Source of the DNA: Savitreella phatthalungensis
Taxonomy: Eukaryota
Assembly (NCBI GenBank): GCA_051599415.1
Contig: AP039695.1
Span: 310,001-374,000 of the forward strand
Length of the DNA stretch: 64,000 nucleotides
Reading direction: 5' to 3'
The notes beneath the pieces were generated by a model. The model was not told the DNA's origin and searched no databases. It saw nothing but the letters and a program-made list of their open reading frames with translations. Shown in pieces: positions 33,865 to 44,397 of this stretch. The first letter of the stretch is position 1; every line of letters begins with the position of its first letter. A program made the position numbers and the translations under genes.

Positions 33865-35725
33865 CCTCAATTCTCAAGTCCTTGCCCAATGTTAAGTCGA
33901 TGTCCCTGATCTCGTTTTTAGACCCGCTACGGGTTCAGTGTGGAGAATGTTTCTGAGTCGTCACTACACATGTAATCATGGTAGTTGTGAATGGTCGACC
34001 GATCTGGTAATTAAGTGTCTTTATATATCGCATATATATGCAGCAACAAAAATTTAGATCCCGTGCATGAGCCAACTCCGAATAATCTATCGTGTGGGCA
34101 TTCCAGAATCTCTGCAGCCTCCATGGCCATGAATCATGCTTTATTCAAGATGTCTATAATCTACGTCAGTGAAATAGTCCTTCCGACCTTTTCATGAAAG
34201 CATGCACGATCGAGCGTAATCGAATACATATGTGAACCATCACTCACAACGGACCATAACAGACACATTCGAGACTAGGACATCGCCTTGGGATCATCCG
34301 TGGACTCTCGTGCAACTCACTGTTCTACTAGGCTCTCAGTACTCAGGGATTTTGCGCACAATACCTGTACACTCTTGCGCCTATCTCTGATAACTATGTA
34401 CTGTTGCCGCAACTTCGTAATTCCTCTGCTTTCAACCTCCATTGGATCTCCATTCCTCACTCTTTCTCTACTGATCTCATTTGCGCTACAATACCGACCA
34501 TGGTACATTTCTTCTCTCCGGGGCGTCGAAAACTGATATTGACCATCACAGCCTTTACTGCTCCTGTATTCTTCTCATCCTATCATTCACATCCTGTTAT
34601 TGGCGCGACACGCCGATTTTAGAGCTGACCTCTGTTTCGGACTTCTTCCGACCTCGCGCCTTCTCGGAGCTCGATAGTGGTCATATCTGGCTCGGCTGGT
34701 TGCGACGATTCGTTGGCAGGAACGGCGAGCTTTATAATTCAGAGATGCTCAGGGTGGTACTATGAGCTGCAGTAGTCAACGTCAGCTCTGAAAGATGATC
34801 ACACGACAATGAAACTCCCAGTTGGACGCTGTCCCAGATCTCAGGCTCTGCATCCACATCCGTTTCATTTATGTGCCTGCGAGACAGCGAAGTCGCACTC
34901 TCGCCCACCTACGTGGACTTGGAGACGGACCTCGGGAGAGGCGGCTTCGTTCGAAGGTCTCCCGTGTCTCGCTGTGATTTATGGGCTCCAGTATGGCGCT
35001 TGATTGCATCTGGACATGCTGCCAGCATGTGATGTGCTCAAGATTATCGCAGATCGGGAGACTGATTGATAGACTCTTTGTCTGTCTCTTCTGCCTGACT
35101 GCAATGTGATTCAGCACGGATCGCGTAGCACTGGCTGGTGCGAGGGTATTCCACAATCATCATAGATCCCTCCAGAATGACTCGGGGCATCGCCGACAAG
35201 TGTTGCACGGATTTCGAATCGTCAGCGTAGGCAGGATTCCTGAAGTTATCGCCTGCTATCTTTACAATCAGATACGTCAAACAGGACGATAATTCCATGT
35301 CGCAGCAGGGCAGTAACTTGGCCTGACGTGCCAATGACGGTCCATGCGGCCTTGATTAGGACAATGCAGTATCAAGATACCATATTTGCATACGCTCATA
35401 GTAGTGATTCTGCATATGTGCTTGGCGAGCATTGCATACATAGGAGATTTGACCCCTATCCTGCATTGATCAATCCAATGATCAGAACAAATATCGAACT
35501 TTGTGCTCGTGCGCACTTGCTAAGCACCATCTCTGACAGCTCCCACAATCAGCCTCCAGAACGGCAGCACGGCCTTTCGAGGAGCTGACGATTCCTCGCG
35601 GACGATCCAAGGCAGCAGTCCGCACCTTCTGAGCTTTTCTTTTGCACAAAGAGATCCGCTTGTTCTATCTCGACGAAAAGTCTAAGAAGCTTGCCGGTGT
35701 CAATCCGATCGAATATCTATGGTTG

Positions 35726-35825
35726 GTAAGCTTCACTGACCGAGACCCTGCCCATCTGCTTGCCGCATTGCAAAGCGCAAGCACCTCTCTTTGGCCTGCT
35801 GTCCCGGTATCTGACATTTCGTCAG
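35726..35825 (+). other. Predicted 5'-UTR intron of the Puf gene (100 nt)
   Basis: GTAAGC donor at 35726, CTGAC branch motif, TCGTCAG acceptor ending at 35825, 20 nt before the ATG at 35846. Confidence 0.6.
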
Positions 35826-35845
35826 ACTAAGGTCCAGACTGAGCT

Positions 35846-38179
35846 ATGGTCCTTTCAGCTTCGCCGCGTGGCCAAGAGACAAAGGCTCATCGGCAGCCTG
35901 ATACGACTTCTTCGGATATAGCCTCACACATGCATGAGATGCCTGCAAGCTCTGATCGCTTCGGCGGTAACCGTGGACTTTCAAGTCGAGTGTTTGCGAT
36001 CGAATCGAACTACGACGTCAATGATGTCAGTCTAAAGCTCGATGACCTCGATTTGCAGCATCTTAAGGAAGAACTTGACCGAGATGTCGAATCAGGAATC
36101 TCACAAAATTCAGTCTTGCCAGTTTCACCTCTGCAGACTCCGGCGGCTGCTGGACGCAGTCGTGCGAGCACGTCAAGTCAGCAAACGCCGCCCCTGCAGA
36201 TCTTTGACTATCAAGCTGTTCACGGCCTTCAGCTAGCGACTCCACCATCCGAGCACATATCTGACCAAAACGTTGTGAAGTTAAGTGGCTCTCGACACAG
36301 TCTGGCTGAAGCTGCCGGCAGAAGACATTCAATAGTGCACAACGTCACGCACACAGCCAATGCAGCGTCATCCGACCATCAAAATCACAATCTTCGTCGA
36401 GCTTCGTATCAGGAATTCAATGCTGGCGACCACAGTCTGCCTGTCTTTCAGCCAGTGGCCCAGTCTCAAATGAGCCGTCAGCTCCTTCAGGTCAACACAA
36501 CGAGCGATGCCTTTCCAATTCTCGTTCGACGTGACGCTGATCCTGGTGAAACAGTCACTGCACCGCACTCATTCAATCGCGGCAGGGCAGAGCTTCCAAT
36601 TGGGGTTGACTACACTCACGGCCACAACATGCCTATCAATGGTAGACTGCAGGACGGACGGCCGCGGCAAATGTATGCTGGGCAGGCGTCGTCAAGGCCA
36701 CTACAACAGGGAGAGTACAGCAGGTATTTCGCCAGTGTCAATAACCAAGCGTCAGGTGCATTCATGCGCAGCCACGAGCAGGATGTCCTCGGTACTCGTT
36801 TCGCGGGCGCTTCGGCTCGTCCAAGCAGCCTGCATTCCGGACTGCTGAATTCGCATCTGGGCTTTTCAATAGTCCATGATGTTCATCTCGAGGGCAAAGA
36901 CGACTATTCTCGAGGGTCTGTGCCCTTGTACCAACACTATTACCGGCAGTCTGGACCGGAGACAGCCATACGTCCGGGCGATGTCCCGCTTGAGAGCTTA
37001 CGCGGTCAACTGTACAACTTCTGTCGAGATCAGCATGGCTGTCGATTTCTGCAGAAACGTCTGGACGACGGCGACGAAGCAACGACTGCGATGATTTTCG
37101 ACGAGATCCTGGAGCATACGCCAACGCTTATGATCGATCCCTTCGGCAATTATCTCTGCCAAAAGCTTTTCGAGCATTGTACTGAGATGCAGCAGACCCG
37201 GATGCTCGAAGTCGTCGGGCCAAATCTGATCGCCATCTCTCTGGACATGCATGGTACGCGCGCCGTCCAAAAGATGATCGAGCAATTTTCGACAGCCGAG
37301 CACGTTCAGCTTTTGACAAGCGCCTTGGCAAAAGATCCTGTGCTCTTGATTCGCGATCTGAATGGCAATCACGTCATTCAGAAATGCTTGAACCGTCTAA
37401 GCAGTACTCAGGCACAGTTCATCTATGACGCTGTCAGTAACAACTGTGTCGCAATTGCGACGCACCGGCATGGATGTTGTGTTCTGCAGCGATGCATCGA
37501 TCATGCATCCAAGCAGCAACGCGACCAAGTCATTCGACGCGTCATTGCTGATGCGCGTCAATTGGTGCAAGATCCCTTCGGAAATTATGTTGTTCAGTAT
37601 GTCCTCGACCTAGGCGACGTCATCTTGGTCGACGAACTGATCAAACATCTATGCGGAGGCTTATCAGCCTTCTCTATGCAAAAATTCAGTTCGAATGTCG
37701 TCGAGAAGTGTCTGCGCGTAGCACGAAGCGAGACGCGCGCACGTATGATCGCTGAGCTCTTGCCGCGCCAGCGACTCGATCGTTTGTTGCGGGATTCATA
37801 CGGCAATTACGTCGTTCAAACCGCTTTGGACCATGCAAACAGTGATCAACGAAGAGAGCTGGTTGATGCCATTCGTCCACTGTTGCCGAGTATTAAATCG
37901 ACACCATATGGCCGACGACTACAGTCGCGCATCGGTGTCGACACAGGAACTCCAGCCGCACAACAGCATGACGACATGACGCGCTCGCGAGTGTCCTTCG
38001 GGCTCGCAATTCCAAGTCCGACGATGGCTCGAGTCGATCAAAACATAAGTCATCCGCACCTGTCACAGCACCAGTCACAGCACCAACAAGCACAATTGCA
38101 ACATCAGCAGCAAACCGCTGGTGCACGCGCCGGAAGGAATAGGAGCGGAAGAGGGGGCGCAAAGACCGCTGTGCAGTAG
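35846..38179 (+). CDS. Pumilio-family RNA-binding protein (Puf4/Mpt5-like)
   Basis: Eight PUF repeats (DQHGCRFLQK, DPFGNYLCQK, DMHGTRAVQK, DLNGNHVIQK, HRHGCCVLQR, DPFGNYVVQY, QKFSSNVVEK, DSYGNYVVQT) after a long disordered N-terminus. Confidence 0.95.
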   Translation: MVLSASPRGQETKAHRQPDTTSSDIASHMHEMPASSDRFGGNRGLSSRVFAIESNYDVNDVSLKLDDLDLQHLKEELDRDVESGISQNSVLPVSPLQTPAAAGRSRASTSSQQTPPLQIFDYQAVHGLQLATPPSEHISDQNVVKLSGSRHSLAEAAGRRHSIVHNVTHTANAASSDHQNHNLRRASYQEFNAGDHSLPVFQPVAQSQMSRQLLQVNTTSDAFPILVRRDADPGETVTAPHSFNRGRAELPIGVDYTHGHNMPINGRLQDGRPRQMYAGQASSRPLQQGEYSRYFASVNNQASGAFMRSHEQDVLGTRFAGASARPSSLHSGLLNSHLGFSIVHDVHLEGKDDYSRGSVPLYQHYYRQSGPETAIRPGDVPLESLRGQLYNFCRDQHGCRFLQKRLDDGDEATTAMIFDEILEHTPTLMIDPFGNYLCQKLFEHCTEMQQTRMLEVVGPNLIAISLDMHGTRAVQKMIEQFSTAEHVQLLTSALAKDPVLLIRDLNGNHVIQKCLNRLSSTQAQFIYDAVSNNCVAIATHRHGCCVLQRCIDHASKQQRDQVIRRVIADARQLVQDPFGNYVVQYVLDLGDVILVDELIKHLCGGLSAFSMQKFSSNVVEKCLRVARSETRARMIAELLPRQRLDRLLRDSYGNYVVQTALDHANSDQRRELVDAIRPLLPSIKSTPYGRRLQSRIGVDTGTPAAQQHDDMTRSRVSFGLAIPSPTMARVDQNISHPHLSQHQSQHQQAQLQHQQQTAGARAGRNRSGRGGAKTAVQ

Positions 38180-39015
38180 CTTCCGGCCAGCATCTCGAGC
38201 CATTACCCTTCCCGGCAACTGGCTGCCGATGCTTCAGCTTTGCATTGGACACAATATGCAGCCCTCAGCAAACTGCTCAGCCTCTAGAGACTTGAACCGA
38301 AATTGCCTGAATGATCAAGATGAGAAGCGCTCGACAGCACGACGATCCTTGTGTCCTGCACCACGTTCTCCGTGGCCAAGCTTGCTAATCATGATTGCGT
38401 GTCATATTAGACCTATCTGTGCAACACCTCATTGCGCAGGTTCAGGCCAGCGGGCTTTCCGTTTTTGTTATGACAACCGAATTCGTTGCTCACCTAAAAG
38501 ATAGATTGTGATGTTTTGTATAATCAAGAGCGCTGAATTTAATTGATATGTGAATCGTCCGTCGCTCGGCTAGCTAAAAAAGCGCGGAATTTACGTTTCT
38601 GCTAGATTTTTGTCTCCTGCCTTAGCTTCTTGCCAGCAATGGTCTGACGCTGCACTACTGACACGATGCAGCCAAACTACTGCGGTGCACGCGTCTGTAT
38701 GGGCTGGCTAGGAGGGTCTACTGGCTGTCTCCTGACTTACTGCCACCAACACGGCCAGACAGACACATTCCCGAGAGACACAACCCATACGATACCGCTC
38801 GACCGTGGCAGTCGAACGTCTGAACGCACTATCGTCCAGCTGTCACAATCGGCCCGCATGCTCACTGGGGGTATCGGGTCTCCGGCTAATGGCGGTATCC
38901 TTGTCAAGGTCAGCATCACTCCAGCATATGTATAAGTGTCAAGACGTCCTCGGGCTAGCATCCTCGGCGTTCACCATTGTGCTTTTGCTTCGACTCCCGT
39001 GCGCGATAACTCAGA

Positions 39016-39429
39016 ATGTCTGGCAAGGGCGGAAAATCCGGAGGCAAGGGCAAGGGCGGCAAACAATCGTCTGACAGGACGCAAATTTCCCACTCAGCGC
39101 GCGCTGGACTGCAATTTCCTGTCGGGCGAGTACGTAGATTCTTGAAGGCGCGCACGCAGAACAACATGCGCGTCGGTAGCACCGCTGCTGTATACGCCGC
39201 TGCTATCCTCGAATATCTGACGGCAGAGGTGCTTGAACTCGCGGGCAACGCTTCGAAGGACCTGAAGGTGAAACGCATCACACCCCGCCACTTGCAGTTG
39301 GCCATTCGCGGCGACGAGGAACTCGACCAACTTATCACAGCTACAATTTCGGGAGGCGGCGTCTTGCCACACATCAACCCGAGCTTGCTCCAGACTAAGA
39401 ACAAGCCGTCTGCACAGGCCGCAGCTTGA
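39016..39429 (+). CDS. HTZ1: Histone variant H2A.Z
   Basis: [55 protein letters not shown] (H2A.Z-specific). Confidence 0.97.
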   Translation: MSGKGGKSGGKGKGGKQSSDRTQISHSARAGLQFPVGRVRRFLKARTQNNMRVGSTAAVYAAAILEYLTAEVLELAGNASKDLKVKRITPRHLQLAIRGDEELDQLITATISGGGVLPHINPSLLQTKNKPSAQAAA

Positions 39430-39803
39430 AAGGCTGCTTCCCTCACTATTCGACAGGCTCATACGCGTTTGCCTATATGTACAGCTGTAATCCTACACGA
39501 TTGAAGAAGTGTGCATCCTCGAAATTGGTGACCATAACTAGACGCCCCGGCCAATCTTTTGTTTATACTCTGTCGCCCTCGTATCGCCAGGTTTCGTTTG
39601 TCTCTGAGCGATGTGCGTGGCAGCTCGATCAAATCATTTCAATATTATGTGAATGCGATAATGCAAACAGTCGTAGTCGTGCGCCGAGTGATCCGCCGGC
39701 GGAATTGAGCCGGTGTGGAGCGAGACAGCTGCGATCCTGGGCGAACTAAGTGGACATTGTCCTAATTACCCTGTCGGACAAGGGCTGTGTCGTGAATTGG
39801 GAC

Positions 39804-41657
39804 ATGGGAGTTGGGCATGGAGGCAACGAAGGCCCACAATCGCTTTCCAATCGCAATGGCCTTTCGTGGAATCTGCCGGCCGTCATGCAGTTCATCCAGA
39901 GCGAACACGCACGTTACGAGCGCGATCGCAACAACTGGGAGCTCGAACGCGCCGAGCTGCGTGCACAGCTTGTGAAGTTGGAGGGAGAGCGCAAAAGCTT
40001 CGAGCGTCTCAAGGCTTGGTACTACCGTCGTCTCAAGATGGTCGAGCACGTTCTGAAAAACCCCGGCAACCCCTGGCCTCGTGAATCAACAGACCTCGAG
40101 GACAAAGCAAGTTCACAGCCAGGATTTGGAGCAGAACAGCCGGCTACTTCGCCAGGGGCCGGGCGCAGCTCATCCGTCGTCCTGGACGATCGCCTGCCTG
40201 AGCCGCCAGTGCGTGTATCTGGCATCGAAAGGCGCAAGTCGAGAATATTTTTGGAACGCTGTTTAGCAGAAGTGACGTATCTGACCAGCGGACGTGATAG
40301 TGTCAGGTCGCCCAACCTGCCGCTGCAATTCCGTGACGGCAAGAACGTTGCAGACAGCAATGGCCCGAGCCTCTCAAAGGACCCAGACATGATCAATGCT
40401 GCCACAAAAGACGTAGCTGAGCCCGGTTGCACAGCAGAGGCGGTTACTACGAGCGGTTCTGCTGCGACAGTTGAGGCGATACAAGATGATATGCTTTCAG
40501 GTCAGCTGGGAGATACTAATGCCCTTGTGGCCACAGATATCGGAGACCCCCCAGACTTTACAGTTGATACAGGTCGCACGACCGGGACTAGCTCGCATGG
40601 TCAGTCGAGGCGTCGATCGTCTACGCCATCACAAGCTAGTAAACTCTTCAGCACTCTCCAGAATGGTCGTTCTGTTGCGTCCGAATGCGTCAATGATATG
40701 TTGTGCATTGCTGTTGCGCAAGCTGGCGGATCCATTGATCTTTACCACCTTCCAAGCGACGATCCGCCACTATCATTACAGGCACATTCTGCAGAGGTCG
40801 ATGCTCTGAGTCTCGTGATGTCCAACGACCGTGGAGGGGATTACAAACTGAAGCTATATTCCGGCGGGCACGATCATATGGTTTACGAATGGGATTGCGC
40901 CCTGCAAGCTCTCAAGGCGCGCGATACAATCGAACCCGTGCGATCCTTTGGCTATCACGCCACTGCGGTGATCAGTCTCAATTGCTCCGACTCAAAGCTG
41001 GTCAGCGCTAGTGAAGATGGGGTGATATGCGTCTGGGATCTGGCAGAACACAACTCAAAGCCACAGGAAGTGCTCCGAGCCGGTACAAGTTCAGGCGCGA
41101 GATTGGCGTGCGTTTCAGTATCCTGGCGCCAAAACCGAATCGCTGCAGGCTTTGAGGATGGAACTCTCGTTGTCCTCAATCTGCACACCGGAGAGACTTT
41201 ATCTAACAAGGAGCTTGGAATAGGCTCGCTGATCTGCTTGTATTCATTGTCTGACGATTGTATCCTCGCTGGAACGCGGTCAGGCCACATCGCTCAGCTC
41301 AACATCTCCAGTGTTGAGCTCAAATCGGACATCATCGCCAAGGTGGAAGCTGATATCAGATGCATTGTATCTACTCAGCCCGACAAACAGGAGAGCGCCA
41401 TCGTGGCGACTTCTGGTGGGGCACTGTATGAAGTGCATATCGGCACCGGCAACACAAGGCAATTGAGATTGCCCGTTCAGAGCGGCGTCGACGGCTTGGA
41501 AAACAACGAGCATATTCACGATATTGCATATATCCCATCCATGAGGGGGTTTGAGGACGACGCAGGATGGTCCGGCGTCCCCGTAATTCTGTGCGCAGGT
41601 ATCGGGGCGCCGCACAAGCTGCTCCACGACCAGCCCCTCGCCGTTCTCGACGCATAA
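39804..41657 (+). CDS. Striatin-family protein (STRIPAK/SIP scaffold) with degenerate WD40 repeats
   Basis: Likely ATG at 39804; LPAVMQFIQSEHARYERDRNNWELERAELRAQLVKLEGERK is the striatin N-terminal signature; SGGHDHMVYEWD and SASEDGVICVWD are WD repeats. Confidence 0.88.
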   Translation: MGVGHGGNEGPQSLSNRNGLSWNLPAVMQFIQSEHARYERDRNNWELERAELRAQLVKLEGERKSFERLKAWYYRRLKMVEHVLKNPGNPWPRESTDLEDKASSQPGFGAEQPATSPGAGRSSSVVLDDRLPEPPVRVSGIERRKSRIFLERCLAEVTYLTSGRDSVRSPNLPLQFRDGKNVADSNGPSLSKDPDMINAATKDVAEPGCTAEAVTTSGSAATVEAIQDDMLSGQLGDTNALVATDIGDPPDFTVDTGRTTGTSSHGQSRRRSSTPSQASKLFSTLQNGRSVASECVNDMLCIAVAQAGGSIDLYHLPSDDPPLSLQAHSAEVDALSLVMSNDRGGDYKLKLYSGGHDHMVYEWDCALQALKARDTIEPVRSFGYHATAVISLNCSDSKLVSASEDGVICVWDLAEHNSKPQEVLRAGTSSGARLACVSVSWRQNRIAAGFEDGTLVVLNLHTGETLSNKELGIGSLICLYSLSDDCILAGTRSGHIAQLNISSVELKSDIIAKVEADIRCIVSTQPDKQESAIVATSGGALYEVHIGTGNTRQLRLPVQSGVDGLENNEHIHDIAYIPSMRGFEDDAGWSGVPVILCAGIGAPHKLLHDQPLAVLDA

Positions 41658-42424
41658 CCTTCGAGTTCTACAGGCTGATAGAGGGTAGCCATCACGATGA
41701 CCATAATGCCCATCACGAATCTTGCAAATAGTCCTGAGACTTTTGTTCAAAATCCAGATAAGACGAATCCCCAAAGGACTCAGAAAATGCTGACTTGGAC
41801 GTGTTTAATGCTGGAAATCTGTCTGCATCTCGCCGCTGTTGCAATCGGACAAGATTTAACAGTGAAAGCTGAGAGACCGTCAGAGAGACGGCCACAGCAT
41901 CTCCAGATGAGTCAATGATGCCAGAGGGCCAGAGTGTGATCGAAGGAGACAGGATTGTTGTGACATAGGATTTCGAAACTCATTCATGCATACATTTAGA
42001 ACAAAATTTTCTAATCACCCGAATTTGTCGCGAGCACCCATAGCTGGAGTCCAGCAAGCTAATAGATCAACTGAGCATATTCTCGTGCGCAATATTCCAA
42101 GCAAGGAAGCAATCCGCAGCAGCTGGCAAACTAGCAAGCCAGCCAACCTGCCTGACTGCCTGCCTACCCACTGAACAACCAACCAATTAACTACTACAGC
42201 ACACTCAAGTGAGCAGGCGCAATCAGAGACGAAATTAAGTAAATCGCCGTAGAATCACGCGCACTGCTCCCTATCCAGCAAAGCGTGGCCCATTGGCGAC
42301 AACGTCACCCATCCCGTGGAGAATCTATCACGTTGGAGCTGACAGCGTCGCACACCAGTTACGCGATCAATCACTAGATTTTACAGAATCGACGGCGCGC
42401 ACGGGCTAACAATCGCATATAAAG

Positions 42425-43188
<764 letters not shown>

Positions 43189-43465
43189 TCGATCATCGCA
43201 ATACACATCTGTCCCTTAGCTTATGACGCTCGTCTTCGAATTCCATCCGTTGTTGCATCACTCTTGCGTCCTCTTTGGGCCGAAGCCGAGCGAACCCATG
43301 CTCCAAGCTCAGGTTGTGGTAGTCCAGGCTGGAGCCATTCGTCTTTATTTTGATCTGCGGTAATGTGATTTTGCAAAATATCGCACGCGATGGTTATCAC
43401 TCAAGCTCAACAGCTCTTGATAAAAATGGTACAATGTATTGATGACCTTCTGATACCGCACACCG

Positions 43466-44164
43466 ATGGCATCCAGCGTGGCGAACACTTTCGCTCGGAT
43501 GCATGACGTGCATCGATCGAGTGACATGATGAGCATGCTCTCGCAAAGGGGGTTAGCTGGAGCACAGAAAAAGTCCGAATTCAATCCCCAGAGTAGACAG
43601 CGCTTTAATGTGCTCGCAATTCATCAGCACGAACGCTCACAAGAGGTCCACGATCGTCAGATCTCGAGGCAAGGCTACGACTGGCTGAGACCCGTCGGCA
43701 TCAACAAGACCATGGCGCAACAGGACGATGAAGCTCGGGAAATGGAGGAGTCCCACATGCTGCAACCCTATGATGGCGAGGATGAGGGTTCGGCAATTTT
43801 GCACCGCGTGAACGATGTAACGGCCCCTGACATCCCCGAAGTTGACTCTGATGGCCAGTCAAACGCAGTGCCAGCTCGAGAGCACCTTTCACAAGCAGCT
43901 ATTTCGACTGAGGATGTAGATCTGGACGCAGAAATTGACGGTGGCGAATCCTTCGATTCCGCACGAGACCTCTCCAGCAATTCCCAGACGAGAGAACAAA
44001 GTTCGATACTATCCTGGCAAAGACCTTCGCAAAGATCTGCATTCCTTTCGCCTGATCAGCGTCTCGAGCACTCCTCCATGCGCGCAGGAGATAACAGCGT
44101 ATATCGGGTTGAAAATGCCCTGGACAGCGCTGATGAGGCGTCCATGATTGATTACTCCGATTGA
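43466..44164 (+). CDS. apc15: APC/C subunit Apc15/Mnd2-like
   Basis: ISRQGYDWLRPVGINKTMAQQDDE and downstream DVDLDAEID, characteristic of fungal Apc15 proteins. Confidence 0.7.
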   Translation: MASSVANTFARMHDVHRSSDMMSMLSQRGLAGAQKKSEFNPQSRQRFNVLAIHQHERSQEVHDRQISRQGYDWLRPVGINKTMAQQDDEAREMEESHMLQPYDGEDEGSAILHRVNDVTAPDIPEVDSDGQSNAVPAREHLSQAAISTEDVDLDAEIDGGESFDSARDLSSNSQTREQSSILSWQRPSQRSAFLSPDQRLEHSSMRAGDNSVYRVENALDSADEASMIDYSD

Positions 44165-44397
44165 CAGCCATGTAAACTATAGAGACTCTAATCTACGAGA
44201 TTTAAACCGCGCTTAAATTCGAATCACACTCCAAACCGTGCTTGAATTGGAATTAATTGATCCTTTGGACGGCGGGGCCGGCGGTGGGGGATCGTGCGAG
44301 ATTGCCGTCGACATGACCACGATCGACGGAGTCACTGCAAGTCGGAGTGCTTTCGAACATGTAATACGACCCAGATACACAGGCCGCAAGGCGAGGA

